Part shown: positions 20,401-53,100 of the stretch, in pieces | How positions within the stretch are numbered: position 1 is the first letter of the stretch | Layout of the letters: every line of letters starts with the position of its first letter | Source: Euglena gracilis | Taxonomy: Eukaryota | Reading direction: 5' to 3' | Assembly: GCA_039621445.1 (NCBI GenBank) | Contig: CP154954.1 | Span: 8,930,634-8,994,633, forward strand | DNA: 64,000 nt | Notes under the pieces: model-generated | Told to the model about the DNA's origin: nothing | Database searches by the model: none | What the model saw: the letters and a program-made list of their open reading frames with translations, nothing else | Translations under genes and position numbers: made by a program

Positions 20401-23400
20401 CCAGGGGGTGCTGCCAGTCAACCCCCCGGTGGGTGCGGCCCATCCCTTCCTGGACCAGGGGATTCAACACCACAGACGATGGCTTTTGGCTCCATTGCCG
20501 GAATCGCCACCGCCCTGTTTCCAACGTGGTCCCCACAGTTGATGCTAGCGGCACCTGCATTTCCCCCTCCCATCGGGCCTCCCCCTCCCTATTTTTGGAC
20601 CATATCACTGCTGAGACATTGGGAGTGGCTGCTTGGGGGGGGGGGGGGAGGGATGAAATTACCTCTGACCATCAAACTGATAAAATAAATACTCACACAT
20701 ATGCACATAAATACATGACACATAAATACGTATGGCCCAGATTTTCCCATTCAGTTCCAGGTGCAGGCAAAAGCCTTTTCCCAAATGATTGATGGTTCCT
20801 ATTTCTTTTGCATTTTTTTTTTGCACTGTGTCAGAAGACGTATGTTGAAAAATGCATTTCAGAAATGAAAATGCCTGTTTCCGGGATTGACGATCCCCCC
20901 AAAAAAAACATTTCCCCTGAGACCCCGTCAAGTTCCCCGCCAAGCTGTCAGGCGACAAAGGGTGGGGCAGTTATGATTCAATATTTCAACGCAGTAATTT
21001 AATTTAATTATGTTTAAATAGAATAAAATAAAATGATAAATGTGGCTGGGCCGGGGTAAACCCCCCCCTAATAAGTGCGCAGTGCCCTAATTGTGCGCAG
21101 TGCCCTAATAAGTGCGCACCCCCCAAGGGTCCGAAACTACCTCCCTAAAAAGTGCGCACCCCCCCCAAAAGAGAAATCACTGTCATATCTCAGGTCGGAA
21201 AGCACACACAATTCTCAGAACTGTCCTTCTCAGACCAAATATTTCTATCGTCCAAGCCCAAATTTGACACATTTGACACATAATCACTTGACTCAAAGCT
21301 TGAAATCACAAAATTAGGGGGAAAATTGAAAAAGAGTGGGGGTGACGTCAGAATTTTTGGCTTTGCCCTAAAAAGTTGCGCACTGCCCTAATAACTGCGC
21401 ACCCCTTGGGGTCCGAAACTACGTCCTTAAAATGCGCGCACCCGTGCACTTATTGGGGGGGGGGTTACAGTCTTTATGTGTTTCATCGGAATGAAAGCGG
21501 TCCCCACAGGACGAGGTCAGCACCGGTATGGCCCCGGCCCCACCGAGACCACCACAATACGGGCAGGCTGGGCCCAGCGCTGGGTGGCCGCCCATCAAGC
21601 GTGACGCGAAGGGCCGACCGATCCGCCGCGCCCGGGCCTATTCTTTGGACGAGGCCACACTGTGCAGGGCGTGTCCCCCAGGGCTGAACGGGAATCCCGG
21701 AAGCCCTTTTGGATGGTGAGGGGGGGGGTCGACCCCCCCACTTCACCCCATCCCGTGAGAAATGGCCAAAAAGGAGTTAATATTGCCAAATGGACGAAAA
21801 ATGACCCCGGAGAAATTTCAAATACGTTGCAAAAAAAAAAACAATCACGTGTCACTACCCTACGTTGCAGGGTAGTGCCATGTGATTGTTTTTTTTTAAC
21901 TGGCAATCCCCCCACCTACACTACGGCCAATTTAATACCACCGTATTATTTGCATCATCACCGTTGCAAACTCCAAGACGATCAACAATCATTTCGTGGG
22001 GTCACATTTTCCGTCTACTGTTTCAAAATTTGCTTTTTTACTTTAAAATACTCCAAAGTGCATTTGTTTCACAAAGACGGATGCCGTCAATACTGTTCCC
22101 AGCCGTCCTCAGCCGTCCGCAGCTGCCCACACGTCCAAAATTGTGACTGACCATAGGGTGACACTCCGGCTTACAATTCCTTCGGCTTGCCACTGAAGGC
22201 TCGGCTTTATTGTGAAGTTTTGGTTTTCAGAGTGACTTCTGCCCCCCAAAAAAATTGGGTCATATCAATGGCAGCAACCTGGGTCCCTCCCCCCAAGAGT
22301 GCGCCCGCCAGAGGCTCTGATTATTTTGATTGACCCCCACCGCTTGCATTGCCGACGGGGCTACCTCAACAGTCTTGACCCATTGGGCCGGACCCGCCCT
22401 GGAGGCGATCGTGCAGTTGTAGTCGGCAGTCAGGCGGATGGGCAATGGGCTCTGGAAGGACCGCCGCGTGAGGCGTGAGTATGGGTTGTACAGGGATGGC
22501 GGCCATCCTGGACGAGGGGAGCGCGGGCGACCAGAAGCCACCTTTGGGATGTCGCCGCAAGACGCACAAAACCTTTTACTCGCTGGGTTGTACGTTGTTG
22601 CCAACGCCGGTCAAATCCTGCCCGATTATCTTTGACAAACAAATGAATGCCTCGTGCAGGTGCGTTAATAATGGTTGGGTGCAGTGACATGGTTGGCTGA
22701 ATTCCCTGAGGATCGAATAGGGTGCAGGGCGTCGCTTAATTTGAAGTGGACCCCATCCCTGGGGGGGGGGTCCAGCCAGCCAGCTGCCTTTTTCCAGCCC
22801 GGACCCCCCTCCCCCCCATTGACGAGTTTTGATAATTCTCCAGCCGCTCTTCGGCAGGATGGTAATGGATTTTTCATTTTCGGGGGTGCAAAAAAATGGG
22901 CCAAAGTCGGTCGGGGGTTTGATTTTTTTTGGTACCCGGTTCGACCCCAGGTCGGGCCCAGCTCCAGCCGGGGGATATGTAATTTGGGGCCAATTATTTG
23001 GGTTTGATATACTTCTTGTGGACTCGACTTAGCTTACCAGGTTTTTTTTGCACAGAAATTGAGGAGTGAACACCCTATTAGGGCGTCGCTTAGTGAGCCT
23101 CCCGGGGGGTCAAGCTCAGAGGGTGGAAAATTTGGGCCTGCTGGAAAAAGGCTGCTGGCTGACTGCCCCCCCCATGGGGTCCCCCCCTCAGTATTGCGGT
23201 AAAGTCCCAGGGCAGAAGGAGATAAAATCACAAAAAAATATTGCCAAAATCACGAAAATCGATGACATTTGGTCAGAAAATGTTTCAAAAGATCATTCAT
23301 TGTGCAAAAAAAAAAACAACCAGAATTGCCAAAAAGGGGGCTGGTTTGCCTGATGGAGATTTTTTCCGGCCATTTTTTGACTTTGATTTTTTTGTTGAAA

Positions 23401-24043
23401 TTATGAACACCACCCAAATTATAAAAACCCCCCGACCCCCAGAACCTCGACTGAGTGTCCAAACATTAAATTGGGGGTTATTTGGGTGGGGAGCTATTCC
23501 TTCCAACCCCCAGCTCTTCTCACCAAATGCAAAGTTCAAGATTTTCTTTTCGACCCACCTGATGGTCTTAAGATCAAACTGCAGTTTCTATGGAGCCTGT
23601 GTGAAAGCCAAAATTTTGCAGCCATCCTTTTTTGGTCCATTTCCAGGATTGAGAAATTTAGCATTGTGTGTGAATTGTGTGTGAAAATAAAGAATTTTGG
23701 TGTCATTTTTTTATTTATTCAACCTTCGGCCTCGCCCCCCTCGGGTTCCCTTTTACTCTGCAACCGGTCGAATGTAATCGCCAAGGGTCGCACGTGCACA
23801 CACACAATTCTCCCCACACGCCTACACACACGCCACACACACACGCCACACACACCCACACCCACACCCACACCCACGCACCGACACACCGCCACACACA
23901 CCCAACCCCCCCCCCCCGCACACCCCCCACCCCCAAGCTCCAGCCACCGTGGCGTGGCTAGGCAACAGTCCACCGCCCATGATGTTTTGTTTGTGTGATT
24001 AGCAGCCCAGAACACGTGCTTCCTCCCCAGGTCCCTATCCAAC
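14491..24043 (-). CDS. Multi-exon gene, hypothetical protein (partial model)
   Basis: GC-rich open segments on the minus strand: ~24043-23933, ~22570-22365 (..YNPYSRLTRRSFQSPLPIRLTADYNCTIASRAGPAQWVKTVE), 21659-21574 (CGLVQRIGPGAADRSALRVTLDGR..), 20546-20456, 19335-~19231, ~18214-18020, ~14985-14845 (..VEAQVAAGVGVALACLLEMDCALYDAAAARTGWPDHRLY), ~14670-14491 (FASRLLLHLIKPL...LPILFLG*). A GT-AG junction at 22364/21660 and in-frame N3-CAG...(C/G)TG-N5 junctions at 21573/20547 and 20455/19336. No recognisable domain; start codon and some phases are unresolved. Confidence 0.55.
15806..15952 (+). mobile_element. Decayed DIRS MTase fragment
   Basis: VDALQCPLDNMGGLWANLPW / KILMVTPFWDSATWCPQLIKMKVPG, clearly homologous to ~59250-59435, with an internal deletion. 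Confidence 0.8.
17446..17829. mobile_element. TA-flanked MITE, copy 2
   Basis: Homologous to 6059-6446; TIR CCCCCCCAATTA/TAATTGGGGGGG. Confidence 0.75.
21059..21465. mobile_element. Tc1/mariner-like MITE (TA-flanked) with TAAGTGCGCA subterminal repeats
   Basis: TIR CCCCCCCCTAATAAGTGC / GCACTTATTGGGGGGGG; internal GTGCGCAGTGCCCTAAT repeats. Confidence 0.72.
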
Positions 24044-24756
24044 CTAAAAGAAAAAATATGTTGTTGTCAATTCATCCCGGTATGTCCCACACCCTCCCCA
24101 CACATCCCCCCACGGTGCCCGCACTTAAGTGTGGTATTGTTCAGCGGAATGGTTAAGTGTGTTAGTTAAGTGTGAACGGAATTGTTAAGTTAGTTAAGTG
24201 TGGAATTGTTCAGGGGAGGGGGGAGTTAGCCAGCCCAAAGTTTCCAGCCTCTGAGCTGGACCTGGGGGGGGGGGGGATTAACCCTCCCATTTGAGTGCAC
24301 GTTTTTTTGACCGCATTTTCGGGTCCTCAGGGGGGCGAAATTATTAGCGACTGCCTGAAATCAGTTCAGTGTGAACTGATTTTATTGCGGTGGGGGCGTT
24401 TTCGGGCTTCGTTTTTCGGGTGCTCACAGGTGTAACACGACACCATTTGGGCACCGCGCATTGAAATGGGGAGGGCAGGGCTGTATCGGAATCCCCACAA
24501 CTCTATGGGTGGTGGGTGGGGAAGGTCTAACCCCCCCCTCCAGGCTTTCCCGTATTTCCACGAGCACCGATTTTTGGGTCAAATCTTCACCGCCGAAAGG
24601 ATTTGTGCGGGTGGTGTGGTGGGTGGAGAGGGTCGACCCACCCCCGGTGGGGATGGGGTCGACCCCCGCCCACGAGGCCTTCCCGCACAGCCCTGGGGGG
24701 GGTACCGGAATAAACTCACGCCTGCTTCACACATGAAGCTTCACGCCGGACCCGCC

Positions 24757-24791
24757 CCCCTCCCTCCCGTGCGCCATTTCTGTTCCCGCAG
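24757..24791 (+). promoter_or_regulatory. Probable SL trans-splice acceptor of fucosyltransferase-like gene
   Basis: Pyrimidine-rich tract ending ...TTCCCGCAG (AG 24790-24791), 14 nt upstream of ATG 24806. Confidence 0.5.
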
Positions 24792-24805
24792 CCCCGCCCC
24801 ACCCC

Positions 24806-43717
<18,912 letters not shown>

Positions 43718-46309
43718 TCCCAGGGGGTGGGTGGTTTCGAAAGTGGGTGGGCGGGTTGGGGCTGCTGTCAGGGATTTTTTAAAGGTTTTGCCTGGGCGGG
43801 GAAGGTGGATGGGTTTGTCTGCTGGACCCCCACCACCCCCTGGGGGTATCCCCCAAGGGCCCCGTGGGTGTCCCACTAGAGGCAGGGGTTTGGCCATTTT
43901 TTTGGTCTTTTTTTGGCGTGAAGCACCGGAAATTTTTTGTGTGTCCCCGGACCGGACCCAAAAAAGCCTGTCACCCGGACCCCTCTCCCTTTCCGGGGGG
44001 TACCCCCTGGTTGGGTGGGGACACCTCTCCCTGGGGTCAGTCCGGCCTAGCCAAAGGCCAGGCTGATTATTTTTTCAGTGGTTTTCGGCCAATTTGGGTT
44101 TAGTTTTTGGGTGGGTGGTGACCACTCCCCCAGGGTCGTTGGTTTTTCAAAAAAAAAAAAGTCCCCCCCCCCAAAGTTTCAAAAAGGGCCGATTCCGGCA
44201 TGAACAGTTGGATGAACTCAGCAATGCAACCTTTTTTTGAGGTTCTGACCATGTCCTCATGGTCATGCTTGGACGCACCCCTCCCCCCCCTCCCCCAGGG
44301 GTGCTAATAAACGAAATGCCTTGAAGCCCACCTGCAGTGCCATCCACCTTTCCATCCTCGGAAAGGACGCGCAGCGGGCATTGGCGCAGGGAGCAACTCC
44401 CGGCACGTTTTCTATCGACGGCCTTGGCCTCAGCAGGACCCCATGGCACTGCTGAATGACTTTGCCCCACGCCCGAAGTCATCCAAAGTGTCTGCCGCTG
44501 TGGCCACCGGACATGACGCCGACCACATCGATGGCGGGATGTGTTTGTGTGTGAGGACTGCGTGTTGTACAGAAGTGATGGTGGCAACGTCAGCTCGCTC
44601 CAGTATTGCGATGTAAACCCCTCCCTAATGAAACCGTGGGACAGCAACGAGTGCAGGATCCAGATACAAGCACCCCCAGTGCCAAAGGCAGCCAATGGAG
44701 GGGGGGGGGGGCACTACAAGTGCACCGCCATTTTTGATGACACTTCTGAAGGAAACCATTAATCACTAGGCTGGAGAAGCTCACCCCCGGGGAAGTTGCC
44801 GCTGCTAATCCCAATTCGACAAAACGAAACTTCTTTTTTCCAAGTATTATTTCTCGTTCGCCTTCTCGGGTGGGGGGGGGTCCAGCTGGCCAGCCTTTTT
44901 TTTTTTAACAGCCAGCAGCTCCCAGCCAGGCCTGCAGACCCCGGGGATCCACTGAAATGAATTTGGGCCAACCCAGCACAACCAGGCTGAGCAAAAAAAA
45001 AATTAACAAAACGAAGTCAAAAATGGCCAAAATGGTGTTTTTAAGAGTTTGGGGGGGTACCAAAAAATGTGTTTGAAAAAAATTAACCCGGCTGGATTTG
45101 GGCTTCTGCCATTTTTCAGGAACCTGCTGGGTCCAGCTCGGCAGCCGGCTGCCACCCTCCCCCCCTTCCTGCACTCCCCACCCCCACCTCCTTTGTCAGC
45201 CAGCCGGCTGGACTCCCGGCTGGGGGGGGGGGGGGTGATGGACTGTATGAAAATGGATTGCATGATGGACTGCAGTAAATGCAATGAGAGCAAGCACCTC
45301 AAACACACGATGGCAATCCGCAAAAAAACAAAGGCCATTCAATGTTAGGATCCCTTTCAGAGTATGGCTTGAAACCCTGTCGGTGTGTCAAGCAGTGAAG
45401 CAGGCTGAATGTGTTTCAACCTTGAAAACATGATTTTGTTCTACTTGGGTGTGCTTATGAGGTCAAATACGTTCAAATAAAACATATGCAATAAATATAA
45501 TAAAATGTTGCACGTCACACACCATATTTGTGTTTTTTTTAATAATATAAATAATTGATAATTGGTATGCAAACATGACATGAATGCTGAATGAAAATAT
45601 ATTTTTACTGCTTTTTGAAGTTGTTTTTTCATGCGTTTCTGTTCTGTGTGTTATGTTTCTGTGCCTTTTATTTAATAAACGTATAATGGATATGTATATG
45701 TACAATATGTGTGTGCTTGTATGCATATGTCGACAAATGTGGATGTCAGGACCTGCATGGGGTGGTGTATGAAGCTCGCGGTGGGTCGCAGAATACTGTT
45801 TGGAAAAGCATTATTCTGGAAAAACACTATTTGGAGAAACGTCACTTTTAATGCCTTTTTTATCCCTGTCACTCGTCGTCTTCTATAACCAGGCTTTTCA
45901 AAGTCGACACACAGGCATTTGATCATTTTATGGCTTTTCCACAAAAGGAATGGCAAATGGCTCCCCAACCTTTTGCTAAAATGAACAAATTCTTTTTTAA
46001 ACCCAATGCCAAGAATCACAAAGTCTTTTGTTTTAACTCCATGGAATAAAATACAACCCTAATAATAAACCCAAAAAGTATTTTATAAGGGAAAATAATA
46101 TTATAAAATAAATAAGGGAAATTATCCCTGGCGTTAACCCTAACCCTGACTTTGCTCCTCACCTTAACCCCATCTTTATCCCTATCTCCAACCCAAATAA
46201 CCCTCTTCCCAAACCCCAACCTTGCCAAAACATGCAAGGATCCCAAGAACTTTCAAAGGAGATGAGAAACACCAGTTCGACGGGTTTTATTGCCATACAT
46301 CTGAATAAA

Positions 46310-46339
46310 ACATCATCAACAGCAGCATCAGCATCATGG

Positions 46340-46371
<32 letters not shown>

Positions 46372-46449
46372 GTAAGTGTAATCATAATCATAATCATAAT
46401 CATAATCATAATCACAATCATAATCACAATCATAATCATAATCATAATC

Positions 46450-46525
<76 letters not shown>
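46310..46525. repeat. Compound (ATC)n-(ATAATC)n-(ACA)n microsatellite
   Basis: Directly visible. Confidence 0.93.
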
Positions 46526-46526
<1 letters not shown>

Positions 46527-48759
46527 CGAATCGATCAACATGACAATAGTCATCGAATCGATCGAATCGATCAACATGATAATAGCTATCATCATGGGAA
46601 TCGGGGTTAGGTGCATTTTCTTTAGTCGAATATGCCAATCTAATTCAGCTTAAATCCATCTCGACCTGGATTTCGGCAGAGTTCCACAATTTCCCCCTCT
46701 GCAGAGCTTGTTGTGGTGATGGTTTTTGATTGATTCGTTCAAACACCGCTTCGATATGGCTTTTGAGTATGCCCTTCTTTGAGCAACGATGAATTCTCTC
46801 CCTCTCCGCCTTTTTTTCACCGTGTGTGGGTGAAACAGAGTATGCACCAAAACCTCTAAATGTGTTGATAGTGTTCATTTTGTTCATGAGTTTCATCATT
46901 AGATTAGTCGGACAGTTTTCATTTGCAAAACATTTTCGTGGAAGATCTGGCAACAGATCCTCAGGCAACAATGGGCTTGGGAGAGTTTTGTAAATACAGC
47001 CTGATAAGTAGTTTCATCCAAACTTGTGTGAGAGAAACTGAAGCATTGCCAAGCCCAAGAAACAAAGCCCCAATCCCCTTGGAGGAGGGCAGTCCTTCCT
47101 ACCCATTGCCCCCCACCCCCCCCCCCACAGTCGCGCACATGAATACATGCATGCATGTGTGCGTGCGGCCTTTTGTGCCGAAGCTGACACATTCACACAA
47201 TCGCATAAAATCTGCCCAGAGCCTCGTGCGGTTTCACTTCTCATGGATTCAAGGCCGCGATTGGACAGTTCAAGTTTTTGTGGGAGAGGGGTATATTTTC
47301 CGGGAAGATCATTCTCCAGGTATCAATATGTTAACCCCTCCCCTGAATCGAAGCCCGGGGTCGGCCAGTGACTAAGTGATTGAATGACATGTAGACCCAC
47401 AAAGAAATTTCTTCGATAATTCTCAGACGCTCTGTTTTTCGACCACTTTTGCGAGTAGTGCACCCCCCCCCGAATAGAAGTCCCCCAGCCCCCCCTCAGT
47501 TTTCGACCAACGTTCCAACGAATAATAGTCCCCGGGCCCCCCCCCCAGGGTGGGTGACTGGTTTTTTCAGAGTGACTGGTTTTTGGCCCGGACCCCCTCC
47601 TCCCCGGGGGGGGGGTCGGAAAAAAACTACTAAAGTGACCCGGCGCCGAAGGTGCTTTTTTTCATGTTTTTGGTCAAATTTCTTTTGGATTCCAGAGTGG
47701 CCGACCCCCCGGGGGGGGGGGGGGGTAGTGACTGGCTGGTTTCCCAAGAAAAGTGATTGACTGGTTTTTCGAAGAGTAGAGTGACCCCCCTCCCCCCCGG
47801 GGGTTGGTAAAAAATTGAATGCTACATGTCCTACCTTTCCAAACCATGTCAAATTTGCTGCAAATGTTGCTCTTGTGGATGCATTGGATCATTAAACGTA
47901 AAACCACCCAACCCTCATTTAACCAATGGCTGAAGAAGCCAAAGCACTTGCCGTCTCAATTGACAGACAACCCACGGGTAGGGCCTATTATTCGAGAGGG
48001 GTGGCACTATTTGGAACGTTGGTCGAAAAACGAGGGGGAGGCTTCTATTTGGGGGGGTTGTACATTTTTGGAGGTTCTGATCCAATACCACCAATTCTTG
48101 GCGAAATTCCAGCTGGGAACGATTTCTTCTACTCTATTGCCAAAACGCCACAAAATGAAAATGTTCAAGGGGTTTTCTCATTCCATGGTGGCTGTGCAGC
48201 ATGTGGACACCAGATGTTTTTTTTAAGTTTACTGACGCGGGGGGACCCCACCAAAGGTTTTTTTAGGGCCTGGGGGGACCCACTTTTGGCATCAGTTTTG
48301 GGGTCCAAAATTGATGGGTTCCCATTTGGTGGGGGTACGTTGTTCGCCCCAAAAGAAGTTATTACTGGGAGAGGGTTTTTCTTTGGGGGGGGGTGGAAAC
48401 CTACTCCCTCACCCCCCTGGTTTGTTTCTAATTTGGAAGTCAGATAGAAAAAAGGTGAATGCGAGTCGCGAAGAGACTGTATCCGACAAAGTGGCGGAAA
48501 GCAGAAAAGAAAAAATCTTTGATTTTTGAAAAGATAAACTGTCAGCCATAAAATTTGGGAACACAAATTTCCTGGAAGCCAAGTCTCGCGTGGGTGGGCA
48601 GGGAATTTCGGGGCCCAATACCGAGGCCTGGGCCTACATCCCTTTCACCCCTGTGCGACCCCAGCCCCCTCGGGGGGATGGAAAGTGGGTGGGTGGGTTT
48701 GGGCTTCCCCAGGCCAGCACCCCCATAGCTCCCCCAAATGGCCAAAATTGGCTTAAGAT

Positions 48760-49160
48760 GCTTTTTTGACCCCCCTATAGATGGGGATCCCTAAAATGGC
48801 CTAAAATGGCCCAAAATGACCTAAAACGGGAAGAATTCTGCTGCGCAACTTTTTTTTCTGTGAACAATCGAAGTCCTTCAGGTGAGGATATCCAGTGGCT
48901 TTTGTGTATGTAAGCGGCAAACGGTGGATTTGGCGGACGATGGTGGAAGAGCACAGACCCACAAGGCTTTTTTTTTTATATCCCAAGTAATGATTACGTC
49001 CTGAAAATCCATAATCCCCAACCATCTCACCCGCTTGTGTGCTAATTGCTTATGATGCCTGTTTCAATGCAATGCATTTATAGCAAAAATGGCCTAATAT
49101 GGCCTAAATGGGATTAAAGTGGTCTAAAACGGCCTAAAACAGCCTAAAAATGTCCTAGAA
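48760..49160. repeat. Paralog of the element hosting the DIRS (empty-site copy)
   Basis: Aligns with 56170-56321 followed directly by 60857-60940; contains GGCCTAAAAT repeats. Confidence 0.8.
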
Positions 49161-49774
49161 AACTTTTTGCAGCATGAAAATAATTTTTTTGTTATCTATT
49201 AATGTTATTGCCATGTGTGGACACCTGAAATGATTTTTTGACCCATTGAAGACGTTATACAGGTTGAATGGTGCAAATGGCAAATGATTGTAACTTCTGG
49301 TAGGGTGGGGATCCCATGCTCTTGGCTTCAGCAAACCTCTCCAGCAAAAACCTCAGCCGAGGCAACTGGAATTATAAATTAAAAAGTGAAAAGATTGTGA
49401 TTGCTTGAAAAGATTGTGATTTCACGCATTTCACCTCCATTTGGGTAATATTCGATTTTCACATTCGGAGCAATTGTCCCATTATGCATCGATTTTTGAA
49501 GTTTTTGAAGTTTTTGAGTTGGGAAAATACAAAGTTTGGTATCAATGCTGTTGGATTTCTTCAGAAAAGGGTTTTTGTATTCATCGTTTTACCTGTCTTT
49601 TTAGCATTTTGTCCAACATTTTTCGAGTTTTTTTTTCCTGTGATAAATCCTAACCCCCCCCCCGAAAAATGGCCCATGGGGTTATTATTCGGACACTCGA
49701 TTGAAATCTCAGGGGGGCTATTATTCGGGGGGCTACTGTTTGGATTTTTTTTTACGGAAAATGGGCCCCCCTGC

Positions 49775-50042
49775 CAGCGAGTTGTTTTAGGCCTGGACCC
49801 CCGGGGGGGAGGGGGGGGGGGGAGGGGGGGCGGTTCCGGCCGAGCCCCCCCCCCCCGGGGGGGTCCCCCCGGAGGGGGGTGGGATATACTTTTCGGCCGA
49901 ATTTTTTTTGAAAAAGCGCTATTTTTAGCATTTTTCGTGATTTTTTTGTGGGTCCCCCCGGCCCCCCCCCCCGGCCCCCCCAGGGGGCGGGTGGGTGGGT
50001 GGGGGGGGCCCCTCCCCGCCGGTCTTGGAAAAAAAACCCCTG
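49775..50042. mobile_element. hAT-like MITE, family A (second copy)
   Basis: CAG...CCCCTG termini; perfect 8-bp TSD CCCCCTGC; internal GGGATATACTTTTCGGC...CTATTTTTAGCA shared with 3539-3798. Confidence 0.88.
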
Positions 50043-50128
50043 CCCCCTGCAGAAATGCCCTCAAAATGCCTATTCCCCTTCTTTAAAGGACCCTCCTGTC
50101 AAGATGAGTGAGTGGTTTTTGTGTGCAA

Positions 50129-53100
50129 GTGACTGGAGCAGTCACAATACCTCCATTTGACCCCAACTCCCCGAGTGGGTACTTTCGACTCTGCCATTTT
50201 GCCAAGGTGAGTTTTCAAATGTTGAGCCGGGGGAGAGGGGGTTCCCCCTGGGGGGCATCCCCAAGAGCCCTGTCGGTCCTTGCTGGAGGCAGGTCTTTGG
50301 CCCTAAATTCAGCGCCGAAATTGACCCCAAAATTGCCCCCCCCCCAAGGGGTTTGGGGATACCCCTGCATGGTTGGGGGGACCACCCCCAGGTCTTAAAG
50401 AAAATCCCGGTGGGTTCGGACTTTCACCTCCAAATTTTGGCTGAAGAATTCCAACCCAGGTGGTGGATTTGGGATATTTGTGCCAGTTTCCGGAGACGAT
50501 TCGGGTCTAGGCCCAGGAGCTAGTGGGCCCCACCGCTCTTGGGGGGCAGCTCCTGTTTCCAACTGGCTGGCTGCCCCCCCCCATGGGGGGTCTTTAAATT
50601 GTCCCCTGGTTGTGACTGCAAAATGAGCGTTGTTCATTCCTCTTCACCTTGGGGGACGGCGAAGTTGGGGTAGCCTGGCGCAGCTGGGCTGAGGTTAAAA
50701 AAAAAAACGTTCTTGTTCTGGTACGAAGTGCTTCTTTGGGGGAAGCGGCACAAAAGACCACAAATGGTGTTTTTTGAGTATTTTCTTTTTTTGAGTTTTT
50801 TTGTTTCTCCAGTTGAAAAATGCCAACCCAGCTGTGTTTGGGTTTCCCCTTTTTTCGTGTACCAAGTCCAGCTTGACAGCCAGTGACCCTTGATTCTTGT
50901 TCATCAAAGAAAAATTTTATGTTCACCAAATTTTATATTCACCACTTTGTGAACCCACTGAATGAGGTTCTGGTCAAGGTGTGACCTCCTAAGGCATTAT
51001 TTTTGACAAAGCAGTGGCATTCACACCCGGCATTCCCACCGTGTTCCTTGAAACAACCGACAACGAGCCAAAAGAACCAGTGGCCCAAAATGATCACGGT
51101 TGTTAGTGTGTTCATTGTGTGCACCAAGCAGGACGACGTGCTGTGGAGTGTTTCCACGTGTCACATGTGAACTCTTTGCAGCAGGGCGCACTGCTGGGGA
51201 GTACAGGGTGGGTCAACAAACAAAGAGCCCTGAAGGAGTCTGGAGTGTGAAAAAGTGCCCATATAATAAAGTTATTTTGGAAACAGGGGAGGTCTGGGAG
51301 TGCCAACCCACCCCGTTTGGATGAGACCATATTTGAAGACTGTGGATACAAATTTTGAATTTTTCCATTTCAGATGTCGTAAAAATTCCTTTCTTGAGTC
51401 ATCCCCCCCAACTCCCAAACGAGCCCCCCCCCCCAAGGACTCATTTGGTGCCTGCCTCCAACCGCCTTCGGCGCCAAGGCTTATTTTTTCTGTACGTCTT
51501 TTGGTTAAGCCAGCCCCAGCGGGGTCTTAGAAAGAACGTGTTTGTCAGTGTGTTGCAAGTGGGATTCGATGCTTTTCGCTTGTGGGAAGTGCTTTTCTGC
51601 TTTCAGGTCATCAGCCATCTCCAAGGAGCTGCCACTCATGCGGGCACGTTGCTTTGAGTCAGACTTGTGGCGACAGGTGCAATGACGGAAAGAGCAGTCA
51701 GTTGCCATCGAGCAGACACTTTGTCACTGCTGAGGGATTTTAGTTCACACCCATGTGTAAGCATGGATGAATATGGATGGATGATGGATTGCAAACATCA
51801 AATGTATAACATCTTGAATTGTACATATGTATATATATTATGTATATATGTGTATCATGTGTATATATTATATTATTGTCTATATATTATGTATATGTAT
51901 TATGTGCATAAATGTTAATAAACATATACGTATACCCACATATAAGTATATAAGTATATATATATATATATTGAGTATCAGAAATTCTTTATTGTATGAT
52001 CGCATCTTATTGTATCCTGCATATGCCCATTCGTTCGTCCTCTGTGTTCCTTGCCTCCTTGCGACCAGAACTTGGAGCGCAAGCAGGCCCGTGTTGTGAG
52101 CGGAGAGAAGCCGCCGGCGGTGCAGTGGGTGCACAAGACGTCGAAGCACCAGGCTGTCACGGAGCCTCGCGGGACGATCATCAACGAGATGCGAGTGCTC
52201 CGGCAGGGGCCGGAGCTGTTGCGCCGCGAAACCCAGGTGGAATATGTTCTAGTTCTACAATTCATTTGAAGTCGGAGACGATGAATTGCTAGAAGTGATA
52301 CTGCTTCCATTTATGTTTTTTTAAGCCCTGAGGTGAAGTCAAGCTTCGGACCACCTGGTCGTTGACCACTGGTCAATGGTTTGGTGGTTGGGTGTGTGTC
52401 ATTGCCCTTCCTGGGTTTCTGTCATTCTTTTTTTTTGTTTGGACCAACTTTTTTTTGCCCAGCCAACTTTTTTTTTTTAGGGAGTGGTTTGCGTATGTAA
52501 TAGAGCCAAGTAAATCAACGAAACAAAGGAACCATAGTAAATAGGGCACTCTCTGGTTTCCGCATGTTGAGTTCTTATCCCCCGCTTTTTCCTTCCTTGA
52601 TCCACTGGTCGACCGATGTATTTTGAAGAGATCTTTCTGAAATGACAGACGGAGGGCGACTTTTTGCGTTGGCTTTGCTCCTCAACTCTCTTTTCCGATG
52701 GTTTGATTGAAAGTGAGCCTGCTGTCCACACCAGAGCCAGTGGCTTTCTGGCGGCAAGCCAATATGTTGGAGGGATATTAATGGGAAGCGGTGGTGTGAA
52801 ATTTATTGGCATTTCACACCATTTGGGCACCGCGCTAAATGGGGGGGTTAGAATATCACAGGCTTTTTAAAGGAAGGCTACGCCTTTTTAACCCGGAAGC
52901 TGTCATGGGCAGGCAGGAAGGAATGCATTTTCGAGGGGTGTGTTTGGGGTGGGTGGGAAGTGCCATAGCACTCCCCCCCTGCAAATGCCCGAAGTGAAGA
53001 CCAAAACAGCGCGCACCCCCCACTGTACGCTTTCGGGTGATGCCCAAATAAGTGCTGAGGGTTCAAAACGGTCCAATAATGTGCGCACCCTGTGCACCCA

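Noticed and set aside
44541-44762. Protein-like ORF (VCEDCVLYRSDGG...)
   Set aside because: It may be an exon, but I could not link it by splice junctions to either neighbouring gene or recognise a domain.
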